A stretch of DNA of 64,000 bases, taken from the NCBI GenBank assembly GCA_038998335.1, contig JAVZHQ010000001.1, forward strand, positions 352,001 to 416,000, written 5' to 3'. This document shows positions 10,137 through 19,660 of this stretch, in pieces (position 1 is the first letter of the stretch; each line of letters begins with the position of its first letter). Below the pieces are notes generated by a model that searched no databases, was not told the DNA's origin, and saw only the letters and a list, made by a program, of their open reading frames with translations. Both the position numbers and the translations under genes were made by a program. The DNA is from Candidatus Aenigmatarchaeota archaeon. Lineage in GTDB: Archaea > Aenigmatarchaeota > Aenigmatarchaeia > CG10238-14 > SCSR01.

Positions 10137-11408
10137 ATGGGTATAAGCAATTTATTAGCTTCAGAAAGAATAATAAAAGCAAAGGAATCAACAGAAAAAG
10201 CTTTTAGAAGCTACTTAATTTTCAGACAAAAATCCTTAGAAAGAGTTGATGTAGGAAAGCTAAAGAAAGAACTAAGAAGAATAAAGGAAGAATCAATTTC
10301 AAACCTAGAGGAACTTAAGAAAAAAGCTAGAGAAAACTTGGAAAGTCAAGGAGTAAAGGTTTTTGAAGCTAAGGATGCAAAAGAAGCTAGAGAAATTCTT
10401 TTAAAACTTATACCAAAAAATGAAAAAATAGTCAAATCAAAATCAAATGTTATAAATGAAATAGAATTAAAGAGATACCTTGAAAAAAGAAATGAAATAG
10501 TGGAAACCGATTGTGGTGATTTCTTAGTTGAAGTTTGTGAAGAAACTTCTACACATCCTGTAACTCCTGCTTTGCACATTCCAGCAGAAAAAATTGTTGG
10601 TAAAATAGAAAAAAAGTTTAAGGTTAAGCTTGAAAAATCTCCTGAGAAAATAATAACTTGGGTAAAAGAATATTTAAGAAAAGAAATTTTAAGCTCTAAA
10701 ATTGGTCTAACAGGAGCAAATGCTATTTCGTCAGATGGTGGAATTTTTATATTGGAAAACGAAGGAAACATTTCATTAGTTTCCAAACTTGTTGAGAAGC
10801 ATATAATAGTTGCTGGAATTGATAAAATAGTACCTTCTATTCAAGATGCTATAACAATTTGCCAAGCTTTAGCTATTTGGGGAACTGGAACCTCCTTGCC
10901 TTCTTACATAAATGTTATAAGTTCGCCCAGCAAGACTGCTGACATCCAGAAAGAAATTGTTTATGGTGTGCATGGTCCAAAAGAAGTTTTTTTGGTTTTA
11001 GTTGATAACGGAAGGAGCAAAGCAATTAAAAATGGTTTAGCTGAAATACTTTACTGCATAAACTGTGGTTCATGTCTTTATTTCTGTCCAGTTTATAGAC
11101 AAATACTTGATAATTATGGTCACAACTATTTTGGTGGAATTGGAGTGGCAAAAACAGCTTTTATTAATGATTTAAAGAAAGCTTTTGAGAGAGGGCTTTA
11201 TTATTGTACTACTTGCGAATCTTGCAAAATTAATTGTCCTTTAGAAATTGACATTGCTGAAATTATGAGAAAGTTAAGAGAAATTTCGGTAAACGAAAAA
11301 ATTGAAACAGAAGGAAATAAAAAGATGATTGAAAATATAAGGGAATATGGAAACCCTTTTGGAAAATTGGAAGAGGGAAAAGTTCCAAAGGAGTTGTATT
11401 GCTGTTAG
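10137..11408 (+). CDS. LUD-domain 4Fe-4S protein (LutB/LldF-like)
   Basis: KSKS, ETD-x-G, ENEGN, CINCGSC-x-x-x-CPVY, CTTCESC-x-x-x-CP. Confidence 0.88.
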   Translation: MGISNLLASERIIKAKESTEKAFRSYLIFRQKSLERVDVGKLKKELRRIKEESISNLEELKKKARENLESQGVKVFEAKDAKEAREILLKLIPKNEKIVKSKSNVINEIELKRYLEKRNEIVETDCGDFLVEVCEETSTHPVTPALHIPAEKIVGKIEKKFKVKLEKSPEKIITWVKEYLRKEILSSKIGLTGANAISSDGGIFILENEGNISLVSKLVEKHIIVAGIDKIVPSIQDAITICQALAIWGTGTSLPSYINVISSPSKTADIQKEIVYGVHGPKEVFLVLVDNGRSKAIKNGLAEILYCINCGSCLYFCPVYRQILDNYGHNYFGGIGVAKTAFINDLKKAFERGLYYCTTCESCKINCPLEIDIAEIMRKLREISVNEKIETEGNKKMIENIREYGNPFGKLEEGKVPKELYCC

Positions 11409-11995
11409 GTGAAAAAATGAAAGAAAAATTTATGATTGCGGGAATAATTATTGGCTTAGTTGTTTTTGTTGCAATTCTAATTAGCATAAGCAAGCCTTTG
11501 GTTCCGAGAAATTACACTCAAGAAATTGGCTATAGTGACAAGATAGAAGAAGCAATAATAAATTGTACTAACTGCAACATCTGCCCAGATGGAAAGATTA
11601 TATCACCAGGAAAAATATGCGTTTACTTCTTCTGGGGTCAAGGTTGCCCGCATTGTGCTGAAGAAAAACCTTTCCTAGAGGAATTGAAGAAAAAGTATCC
11701 TAACTTAGAAATCTATGATTTTGAAGTTTATTACCATCCTGAAAACGTAGAGCTTTGGGAGCAGGTTTGTGAAAAATGTAATACCCAGCCTTCTGGCGTA
11801 CCAATGACTTTTATCGGAGACAAGGTTTTCATAGGATTTGCAAACAGAGGTTTTTATAATTCTTCTTCAATTCCAACTTCTCACTCCATTCTTCCTTCTA
11901 CCACAGTTTTGGCTATAATTTTTGCTTGTGTGCTTAGTATAGTTATAATATTTCTCCTGCTTATGAGAAAGTTAAAAATAAAGGTGAAAACATGA
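11399..11995 (+). CDS. Membrane-anchored thioredoxin/glutaredoxin-like protein
   Basis: GCPHC, GVPM, N- and C-terminal TM. Confidence 0.8.
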   Translation: MLLGEKMKEKFMIAGIIIGLVVFVAILISISKPLVPRNYTQEIGYSDKIEEAIINCTNCNICPDGKIISPGKICVYFFWGQGCPHCAEEKPFLEELKKKYPNLEIYDFEVYYHPENVELWEQVCEKCNTQPSGVPMTFIGDKVFIGFANRGFYNSSSIPTSHSILPSTTVLAIIFACVLSIVIIFLLLMRKLKIKVKT

Positions 11996-12786
11996 AAAAA
12001 ATTCTTTTATTACTTCCTTTATTACTAATTCCAACAGTATACGCTCAAGAGTTTTATCATCCAATTTTAGGTGATATTAGTAAGCTTCCTGTAATCTTAA
12101 TAGGAATTCTTGCTGGCTTAATTGACGGAATTTTCAATCCTTGCGCTTTGTCTGTTCTTTTTTTCATGGCAGCTTACATGCTAGCCTTGGGCTCAAGAAG
12201 AAAGCTACTTATAATAGGAATTTCCTATTCATTAGTGATATTCCTGGTTTACTTTTCGTTTATGTATTTGCTTCTTAACGCAATTTCTTTAACAAATTAC
12301 TATGTAAGCTATACTCAAATAATAAGGTATATTTTAGGAGGAATAATTACTGTATTTGGAATAATAGAAGCTAAGGACTTTTTCTTCCTAGGAAAAGGTT
12401 TTTCTTTAGAAATTCCAAAATTTGCAAAACCAAAAATAGAGAAATTAATTAAATCTGCAACTTTGCCTTCTGCTATTCTTTTGGGCTTTTTAGTTAGTTT
12501 AGTTGAAATTCCATGCGCAGGAGCTTTTCCGTTGTTTTATGCTTCTTTTCTTAGCAGTTCTATATTTGCTGGAACTTTATCCTGGGCAGAAGCTATTTTT
12601 TACTTAGTTTGGTACAACATTTTCTTCGTTGTTCCCTTATTGCTTTTAACTTTGATATTCTATTTTGGTTTCCTGAAAGTAGAAGAGGCAGAAAAGAAAA
12701 GAATTGAATTAAGGAAATATATGAGGCTAACTGCAGGTATAATTTTAATTGCTTTTGGAATCGCTTTCTTTGTGGGGTGGATATGA
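11992..12786 (+). CDS. CcdA/DsbD-like transmembrane thiol-disulfide protein
   Basis: FNPCA and EIPCAG paired-Cys motifs in TM helices. Confidence 0.8.
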   Translation: MKKILLLLPLLLIPTVYAQEFYHPILGDISKLPVILIGILAGLIDGIFNPCALSVLFFMAAYMLALGSRRKLLIIGISYSLVIFLVYFSFMYLLLNAISLTNYYVSYTQIIRYILGGIITVFGIIEAKDFFFLGKGFSLEIPKFAKPKIEKLIKSATLPSAILLGFLVSLVEIPCAGAFPLFYASFLSSSIFAGTLSWAEAIFYLVWYNIFFVVPLLLLTLIFYFGFLKVEEAEKKRIELRKYMRLTAGIILIAFGIAFFVGWI

Positions 12787-13505
12787 TGAAATTTTTTGAA
12801 AAGTTAAAAGGAGGAAATATTTTATACTATCCTGGCTGCTTAACAAAATTTGTTGCTAAAGATTTGGGAGAAAATTACAGGAAAATTTTAAGAAAAATAG
12901 GAATAGATTTTATCGAGCTTAAAGATTTGGAAGTTTGCTGTGGTTCGCCTGCTTTAAACGCAGGTTATAGAAATGATGCAAAAAATCTTGCTCAAAAAAA
13001 TTTAAAAGTTTTTAAGGAGCACTCTGTAAGAAAAATAATAACTTCTTGTCCTGCTTGCTTTAAAGTTTTTTCTCAAGATTATCCAAAACTTTTGGATAAA
13101 TGGGATATAGAAGTTGAACATACTACTCAAACAATAGCTAAGGCTATAAAAGAAGGTAAACTTAAATTAAACAAAAAATTTAATAACATAATAACTTATC
13201 ACGACCCTTGTCACTTAGGAAGATATTCAAAAATTTATGAAGAGCCAAGAGAAATTCTTAAATTCTTAGGTTTTGAAATTGTTGAGATGGAATTTTCTAG
13301 AGAAAATTCTTTTTGTTGTGGAGGTGGAGGAGGAGTTGTTGGAAATTATCCTGAGTTAGCAGAAGAAATAGCAAAAGAAAGATTAAAACAAGCAACTAAA
13401 ACTAAAGCTAAGGTTCTTGTTACAGCTTGCCCTCTTTGTTATGTTCATTTGAAAAAATTTGCTAATGGGATGGAAGTAAAGGAAATCTCTGAACTTTTTA
13501 CCTAA
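12777..13505 (+). CDS. CCG-domain Fe-S protein (LutA/GlcF/HdrD-like)
   Basis: YPGC, VCCG, CPAC, YHDPCHLGR, CCGGGGG. Confidence 0.88.
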   Translation: MDMMKFFEKLKGGNILYYPGCLTKFVAKDLGENYRKILRKIGIDFIELKDLEVCCGSPALNAGYRNDAKNLAQKNLKVFKEHSVRKIITSCPACFKVFSQDYPKLLDKWDIEVEHTTQTIAKAIKEGKLKLNKKFNNIITYHDPCHLGRYSKIYEEPREILKFLGFEIVEMEFSRENSFCCGGGGGVVGNYPELAEEIAKERLKQATKTKAKVLVTACPLCYVHLKKFANGMEVKEISELFT

Positions 13506-14325
13506 CTTTAACAGTTTTAAGCATACTTCCTGTTCTATATCCTTCTAAGTCTAAAGTAATGTAATCGAAACCTAAAATTTTAAGATTTCTTACTAACTTT
13601 TCAACAACTTTAAGATTGAAAAACAACTTCCTTTCTTCTTTGCTTACTTCTATTCTTATCAAATTTCCATGCATTCTAGCTCTAACCTGTTTAGCTTTTG
13701 TTAACTTTCTTACGATATTTTCAGCTTTTTCTATTTTCTTTAATTTCTCTTTTGTGATTTTATCTCCAAAAGGGATTCGTGAAGACAAGCATGCCATAGA
13801 GGGTTTATTGTAGACAGGGAGTCTAAGTTTTTTTGCTAAAATTCTTATTTCATCTTTTTTGAACTTACACTCTACCCAAGGGCTGAAAACATTTTCCATT
13901 TCTTTGACAGCTTTAAATCCAGGCCTATGACCTTTAAGCTCGCTAAAGTTAGTTCCTTCAAAGATAACTTTAAAACCAATCTTCCTTGCAAACTTTTGTA
14001 ACAAAACTAGAGAAGCTCTTTTACAAAAATAGCATCTCTCTACTGAATTTCTAACAAATTTTTTGTCAGAAAAATGATTTATCCTTAAAACGTAATGCTT
14101 TATTCCAATTTTTCTTGCTAACCTCTTAGCTTCTTTTATTTCTTGGGAAGGATAAATCTCAGAATCTAAGGTAACTGCAATTGCTTTTTCTCCAAGTATT
14201 TCATAACATATTTCTGCTAAAGTTGTACTGTCTAAACCTCCAGAAAATGCTACTATTACACCATCTTTTCCTTTTTCAGCAATAAACTTTTTTAACTCTT
14301 CATATTTTCTTTCTAGTTCTTTCAT
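13498..14325 (-). CDS. larE: ATP-dependent sulfur transferase LarE
   Basis: AFSGGLDS, RCYFCK, HRPG, ACLSSRIP, GYRTGS. Confidence 0.93.
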   Translation of the reverse strand: MKELERKYEELKKFIAEKGKDGVIVAFSGGLDSTTLAEICYEILGEKAIAVTLDSEIYPSQEIKEAKRLARKIGIKHYVLRINHFSDKKFVRNSVERCYFCKRASLVLLQKFARKIGFKVIFEGTNFSELKGHRPGFKAVKEMENVFSPWVECKFKKDEIRILAKKLRLPVYNKPSMACLSSRIPFGDKITKEKLKKIEKAENIVRKLTKAKQVRARMHGNLIRIEVSKEERKLFFNLKVVEKLVRNLKILGFDYITLDLEGYRTGSMLKTVKVR

Positions 14326-15563
14326 GGAAATCCAAAGGACTCTCTAACTTTTGACTTTACTATTTCAGAAATTTCTCTTAAGCTTTTTTTAGTCTTTTTT
14401 GCAATTTTTTCCAAATCGTCATATTCTGGTTTAGCTTGAATTATTTGATTATTTAAATCTCTAGAAACCTTAACATTTACTTTTTCTTTTATTCCGTCAA
14501 TTTCTACTTCAAGAGGAAAGATTTCTCTCTTAACCTTAAGTCTTTCGCAAGGATGAATTCTTACTCCTAGGGTACCGGTCTCTCTCATAAGTACTCCTGC
14601 TATTTTTTGTAGGTTAGTTTCGTCGGTTATAACTTTTATTATTTGACCTGGCCTATTCTTTTTCATAATCGTCGGAATAACACTAACATCTTTTGCCCCT
14701 TCTTCAAAAAGTTTTTTAACGGTATATCCTAATATTTCCCCTGAAACATCATCTAAGTTTGTTTCAATTTCCAAAATTTTTTCACTTAAAAATTCTTTAG
14801 TAGAGTTTCCAACTATAACTCTTAATATGTTCGGTATTTCTTCAAAATCTTTAGTGCCGGCCCCATAGCCTATATTAATCAACTTGAGTAAGGGAAGGAA
14901 TTCCATAGTTTTTTTAGCAAGATTAACAAGAATAGATGCACCTGTAGGTGTAGTAAGTTCTGCCGAAATTGGCCCTCCTTTGACTGAAAAGTTCTTTGAT
15001 TTAAGTATTTCTAAGGCTGCTGGTGATGGAACAGAAACAATACCATGAGAAAAACTTAACATTCCTCCACCAAGTGCTACTGGTGAAGAATAAATTTCTG
15101 CATCAAATAAATTTAGATTAACCAAAGCAACAGCGCTTCCTATTATTTCTGCAACTGTATCTATAGAACCAGCTTCATGAAGATGAACTTCGTCGATACT
15201 TTTACCATGTATCCTTGCTTCTGTCTCTACTAAGGTTTTTGCGCATTTTATAGAAAAATCTTTAGCTTCTTTATTCAAACCCAAATCTTCTACACAATTT
15301 TCAACTGCTTCTACTATCTCTTTTCCCTTTCTTTCCTTTGGCTCTTCGGCTTTTATCTCGATTCTTTTGGCCAAAAAACCTTTCCTTTCAACTTTCTCGA
15401 TTTTTATCTCCAAATTTTTGCAATTGCTCAAATATTCTTGTAATTTTTTCATACTTTCTATTATTCTTTTTTCATCAGCTCCTAGGTCAAGCAAAGCAGC
15501 TAAGAACATATCCCCAGAAATTCCAGCAACTTGACAATCTATAAAAACAATTTTATTTTTCAT
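14322..15563 (-). CDS. larC: Nickel pincer cofactor nickel insertase LarC
   Basis: GISGDM, HLHE, TPTGA, MKKNRPG, PEYDD. Confidence 0.95.
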   Translation of the reverse strand: MKNKIVFIDCQVAGISGDMFLAALLDLGADEKRIIESMKKLQEYLSNCKNLEIKIEKVERKGFLAKRIEIKAEEPKERKGKEIVEAVENCVEDLGLNKEAKDFSIKCAKTLVETEARIHGKSIDEVHLHEAGSIDTVAEIIGSAVALVNLNLFDAEIYSSPVALGGGMLSFSHGIVSVPSPAALEILKSKNFSVKGGPISAELTTPTGASILVNLAKKTMEFLPLLKLINIGYGAGTKDFEEIPNILRVIVGNSTKEFLSEKILEIETNLDDVSGEILGYTVKKLFEEGAKDVSVIPTIMKKNRPGQIIKVITDETNLQKIAGVLMRETGTLGVRIHPCERLKVKREIFPLEVEIDGIKEKVNVKVSRDLNNQIIQAKPEYDDLEKIAKKTKKSLREISEIVKSKVRESFGFP

Positions 15564-15603
15564 ACTCTCTAATTTTTAAAAATATCATAATAAATAAAAA
15601 TAT

Positions 15604-16389
15604 ATGACGCTTAAGAAAATTTTGGAAAAAGTTTCTAAAAGAAAACTTTCAGTAGAAGAAGCAGAAAAGCTTCTAAAATTTTTTTCTTTTAGAGAAATAG
15701 AGAAAATAGCTAAGCTAGATGTTGGTAGAGAATTAAGAAAGGGAATAGCTGAAATAATTCTAGCAGAAGGAAAAGAAACTGAAGGTTTAATTAAAATAGT
15801 TTCCAATTTCTTGAAAGAAAGAGGAAGAGTTATAATTAGCAGAGCAAATAAAGCGCAACTTAAAGCTATAAGAAAAGCTTTCAAATCGAACAAAAAAATT
15901 TTAAAAATTAATGAAAAATCTGGAACCGTAGTGATTAAGAATAAAGGTTTTAAAGTCGAAAAAACTGGTGGTAAAGTAGGGATTTTGACAGCAGGAACTT
16001 CAGATATTCCGGTAGCTGAAGAAGCAAAAATTGTTGCTGAAGAAATGGGTTGTCAAGTTTTTGAGTTCTACGACGTCGGAGTTGCGGGAATTCATAGACT
16101 TTTTTCGTGTTTGAAAGAATTAATTAAGAAAGATGTTGATGTAATCATAGTTTTTGCTGGAAGGGAAGGGGCTTTACCTTCTGTTGTCGCTGGTTTAGTT
16201 GATGTACCAGTAATAGGAGTTCCTACTTCTTCTGGTTATGGAATTGGAGGAAAAGGAGTAAGCGCTTTTCTGGCTATGCTTCAGTCTTGTTCTTTAGGTA
16301 TAGGTGTGGTTAACATTGATAACGGTATAGGCGCAGGAACCTTAGCATCTTTAATCGCTAATAGAGCTGCAAAATTTAGGAGAGATTAG
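15604..16389 (+). CDS. larB: Nickel pincer cofactor carboxylase/hydrolase LarB
   Basis: AGTSDIPVAEEA, DVGVAGIHRL, VPTSSGYG, VVNIDNG. Confidence 0.95.
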   Translation: MTLKKILEKVSKRKLSVEEAEKLLKFFSFREIEKIAKLDVGRELRKGIAEIILAEGKETEGLIKIVSNFLKERGRVIISRANKAQLKAIRKAFKSNKKILKINEKSGTVVIKNKGFKVEKTGGKVGILTAGTSDIPVAEEAKIVAEEMGCQVFEFYDVGVAGIHRLFSCLKELIKKDVDVIIVFAGREGALPSVVAGLVDVPVIGVPTSSGYGIGGKGVSAFLAMLQSCSLGIGVVNIDNGIGAGTLASLIANRAAKFRRD

Positions 16390-16946
16390 TACTGAATCCC
16401 TTTTGTTGTTGGTATTTTCTTTGGAAACTTCACATCTTTTATGACGTTAACAAAATGTGCAATCTTGTAAAGCTCCTTAGGAGCAAATCTTCCGGTTAAA
16501 ACAACATCAGTTTTTTTTGGCAAAGATTTTAAAAATTTTATGACTTCTTTTTTATCGAGAAGCCTCCAATGTAGAGCTAGATTTACTTCGTCTAGAACAA
16601 GCAAGTGAGGTTTTTTCTCTTTAACAATTTTTTTAGCAAATTCTAACCCTTTTTTTGCAAAAAGCTTGTCTGCATCGTTTAAGTTTCTAACGACAAACTT
16701 TTTCTTTCCAAATCTATAGACTTTTGGCGAACCATCAAGCTTAAACCAACCAGGCCTTCCAAACTGATAAATCTCATAGTAAGGTTTAAGCTTATCTCTT
16801 ATTTTGTACTCTCCTGTATTTTTCCACCATTTCAAAAACTGGATTATAACAACTTTATGTTTATGTCCTATCGAACGCAAAGCTAATCCTAGAGCGTTAG
16901 TTGTTTTCCCTGCTCCTGTTCCGGTGTAAAGATAAATATAGCCCAT
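16386..16946 (-). CDS. Cob(I)alamin adenosyltransferase CobA/CobO/BtuR family
   Basis: YTGTGAGKTT, IQFLK, LDEVN, VLTGR, KGIQY. Confidence 0.88.
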   Translation of the reverse strand: MGYIYLYTGTGAGKTTNALGLALRSIGHKHKVVIIQFLKWWKNTGEYKIRDKLKPYYEIYQFGRPGWFKLDGSPKVYRFGKKKFVVRNLNDADKLFAKKGLEFAKKIVKEKKPHLLVLDEVNLALHWRLLDKKEVIKFLKSLPKKTDVVLTGRFAPKELYKIAHFVNVIKDVKFPKKIPTTKGIQY

Positions 16947-17254
16947 TATCTCACTTCTTTTCTTAGCCAAGTTTCATATTCTTTGTTTGTTTCAACTTCT
17001 ATCTTTGCTATTAGTGGTACTTTATACTCATGAACTTTTTTAACTTCTTCTTTAATTTTCTCAAGATTTTCTTTTATAGTTTTTGCTATCAAAATATATT
17101 CTTTCGATTTCTCTATTTTTCCTTGCCACCAGTAAAAGCTTTGAATTGGAAAAATGTTTGTGCAAGCGATTAATCTCTTTTTGAGTAAGTGCAAAGCTAA
17201 CTTTTCTGCATGTTTCTTGTTCGGGTTTGTTATGTAAATGAAGATAATGTTCAT
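16946..17254 (-). CDS. cutA: Divalent cation tolerance protein CutA
   Basis: LIAC-x-N, S-x-YWW-x-GKIE, H-x-Y-x-VP. Confidence 0.92.
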   Translation of the reverse strand: MNIIFIYITNPNKKHAEKLALHLLKKRLIACTNIFPIQSFYWWQGKIEKSKEYILIAKTIKENLEKIKEEVKKVHEYKVPLIAKIEVETNKEYETWLRKEVR

Positions 17255-17400
17255 AATTTTTCTCTATATTTTTAATTTTTTATTCTATATGCTTTTCCTC
17301 GTTATTGAATAAGGTTCCAAACCAAGTTTTTTACAATTTTTTGTTATTCCGAAATCTGCATCCATTGATGATAGTCAACAAATTACTAGTATTATCTTCT

Positions 17401-17808
17401 TCATTCAATACCATCATAAAATTCTGAGTGTTTAATACTTAGACAAGCTATCAAGTATAAAAGTGGATGTACTTTTTTACTTCTAAGTATTTTATCGAAA
17501 GTAAGCCAGAAAATTTTTTTAATTTCCCCTCTGGCTTCAATTTTTCCTCCGACAATCTCACAAAGATAGAAATAGAATAAGAAAGGCTTAAACTGTACTT
17601 TCATTACTAGTTTTTTTACCTTAACATATAGCCCTGTTTCTTCTTTTACTTCCCTTATTACAGCTTCCTCTGGACTTTCTCCTTTTTCTAGGTGACCTGC
17701 AGGAAGCCAAATAAAATCTTTATAAGTTCCTTTATCTTGTTTGATACAAAGAAGGCTGTTATTTTTTCTAAGAATTCCTGCAACTATTATTTCTAATTTA
17801 TTTTTCAT
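17401..17808 (-). CDS. NUDIX hydrolase
   Basis: PAGHLEKGESPEEAVIREVKEETG Nudix box. Confidence 0.92.
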   Translation of the reverse strand: MKNKLEIIVAGILRKNNSLLCIKQDKGTYKDFIWLPAGHLEKGESPEEAVIREVKEETGLYVKVKKLVMKVQFKPFLFYFYLCEIVGGKIEARGEIKKIFWLTFDKILRSKKVHPLLYLIACLSIKHSEFYDGIE

Positions 17809-18362
17809 ATCTTGATCTTATCCCATTTATCAAATATTTTCCAAAACTTAACAATAAAGCTATGAGGATACTTTGCCAGTTTTTTAGCAGTTTTTGTTTG
17901 AAGTGTCTCAAAACATTTTTGTTCAATTTTTCTTGCATATTTTAATGCTTCTCTAAATTTCATTTTTCTCGCTCCTATATTACAAGCTACTTCTCTAACG
18001 ATACCAAATGGTCCAATGACTTGAAGTTTGTCCGCATCGTATACCACTTTAGCCTCTATACTCTTAGCTTTATGAATGTTTTTCGTACTTGAACAATCAA
18101 CACAGTGCACAATTTCTTTAATCAAATTTTTATCAATCCTAATATTTTTGAGGAATTTTTCTACAACTTTTCCGTTATGAAATTGATGGAGCATTGCACC
18201 TAGCTTGACAATCTTAATGTTTGTTCCTTCTCTTTTACCTATATAGGTTGCTAACTTAATCGTTCTTCTTAAATGCTCAATCCCGTGAGTCTCATCCAAC
18301 TTTTTATAAAAATTTTTAGCAAAATTTTCTATTTGATTGATTTGTCTTTTAGTTATTCTCAT
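17805..18362 (-). CDS. HD-domain protein (HD replaced by HQ)
   Basis: HG-x-x-H, AMLHQ, VYDADKL-x-x-IG. Confidence 0.75.
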   Translation of the reverse strand: MRITKRQINQIENFAKNFYKKLDETHGIEHLRRTIKLATYIGKREGTNIKIVKLGAMLHQFHNGKVVEKFLKNIRIDKNLIKEIVHCVDCSSTKNIHKAKSIEAKVVYDADKLQVIGPFGIVREVACNIGARKMKFREALKYARKIEQKCFETLQTKTAKKLAKYPHSFIVKFWKIFDKWDKIKI

Positions 18363-18712
18363 TTAATAACCCTGAACTTAATTATCGTCACATAATCATC
18401 TTCCTTAACTTTTCTTCCGATTCTCTTTGAATAAATTTCATTTAATATGGAAACCAAAGAACTTTTTGGCCAAGCTTCAGGATCTCCTATAACCTCCTCT
18501 TTCCTTACTTCTTTAATCTTTTTTAAAACAAGCTCTGTAATTTCAGCCTCAGCAATTTTTTGCGCATTCTTTAAATCATCAGCAATTGTAATTTCAATCT
18601 TGTCTCCAACTTTGAATTTTTTAATGTAGTCGTTGCCTAACCTAACAGTTCTGAACTTCTTTCCTTCCAGAATCCAATTTTTATATTTGGGTAAGAAATT
18701 AAGTTTTTTCAT
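18359..18712 (-). CDS. ASCH domain protein
   Basis: ILEGKK-x-x-TVR, VGD, VTIIKF. Confidence 0.85.
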   Translation of the reverse strand: MKKLNFLPKYKNWILEGKKFRTVRLGNDYIKKFKVGDKIEITIADDLKNAQKIAEAEITELVLKKIKEVRKEEVIGDPEAWPKSSLVSILNEIYSKRIGRKVKEDDYVTIIKFRVIK

Positions 18713-18929
18713 TTACTTCACTTAACTCTTTATTAAAACTTTTTTAAGTTAAGATATAAATTAATTTGGCGCTAAAAGTGGGTGGTAGTCTTTGCTGCTA
18801 AAATCATCAAAGCTTCTTCTAACCAAAAATAGCAAATATACTTAATTTTGCCGTTGTTATAATCATCGGAAATAAACTCCCAAAAGCTATAAATAAAGCT
18901 ATTTACTAAGTAAGTTAAAAGCGATAAAA

Positions 18930-19550
18930 ATGAAGACAGAATCTTTAACTGTCGAGAAAGCTGAGCTAATAGGACTACTGTGCGCAGACGGTACACATTA
19001 TCACTATATTTCCATTTACAATCGATTTTATCCGAAACGAGGAAAATACTATACCACAATAAGTCCAAAAGAACAAATAGAATTTGGCAATTTAAACATA
19101 AAACTTTTGAAACATTTCCAAAAATTACTTAAGATTGCGTATAATTATCATCCTAAAATTACTGGTACTCCTAAAAGTTTAAAAATTCATATAAGTAAGA
19201 AAAATATAATTAAAGACCTATTGCAGTATACGGATTTTGGATCCGAAAAATGGAAGGTCCCAAAAGAAATTAAAGAAGGTCCTTTCGACGTTAAGGCGGC
19301 TTTTATTAGAGGAGTTTACGAAGGTGATGGGGTAAAGCTTCAAACATCAAAATATGGCAAACCATATTTATTTTTTGAAATGAAAAATAAACCTTCATTA
19401 GAAGATTTAAAGAAATTACTTCAAGATATTGGAATTAACGCAAGAATAAATAAGAATAGTAATGGGATGACTAGATTAATAGTGTATGGTTTTGAGAACA
19501 TTACGAAATTTAAAAAATTTATAAAACCAAAATATAAAAAGCTCGGGTGA
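18930..19550 (+). CDS. Free-standing two-motif LAGLIDADG homing endonuclease
   Basis: LIGLLCADG and FIRGVYEGDG; no intein splice motifs. Confidence 0.85.
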   Translation: MKTESLTVEKAELIGLLCADGTHYHYISIYNRFYPKRGKYYTTISPKEQIEFGNLNIKLLKHFQKLLKIAYNYHPKITGTPKSLKIHISKKNIIKDLLQYTDFGSEKWKVPKEIKEGPFDVKAAFIRGVYEGDGVKLQTSKYGKPYLFFEMKNKPSLEDLKKLLQDIGINARINKNSNGMTRLIVYGFENITKFKKFIKPKYKKLG

Positions 19551-19645
19551 CCGAACCAGGTCTAGGTAGTCGGCTGCAGTTGGTCTTTTGATAAAAGATG
19601 AAAAGTTGAGACCGACGCATGCGGGTTCAAATCCCGCCCCGAGCT
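19541..19645 (+). tRNA. tRNA-Cys(GCA) with 31-nt intron 19580-19610 (37/38)
   Basis: GCTCGGG/CCCGAGC acceptor, U73, GTCGG-CT-GCA-G|A-CCGAC, GGTTCAAATCC; relaxed splice motif. Confidence 0.92.
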
Positions 19646-19660
19646 TTTTAAAACTGGAAG

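Noticed and set aside
18770-18830. GGTAGTC...GCTGC resembling a tRNA-Cys fragment (att site)
   Set aside because: Match too short and gapped; no integrase nearby.
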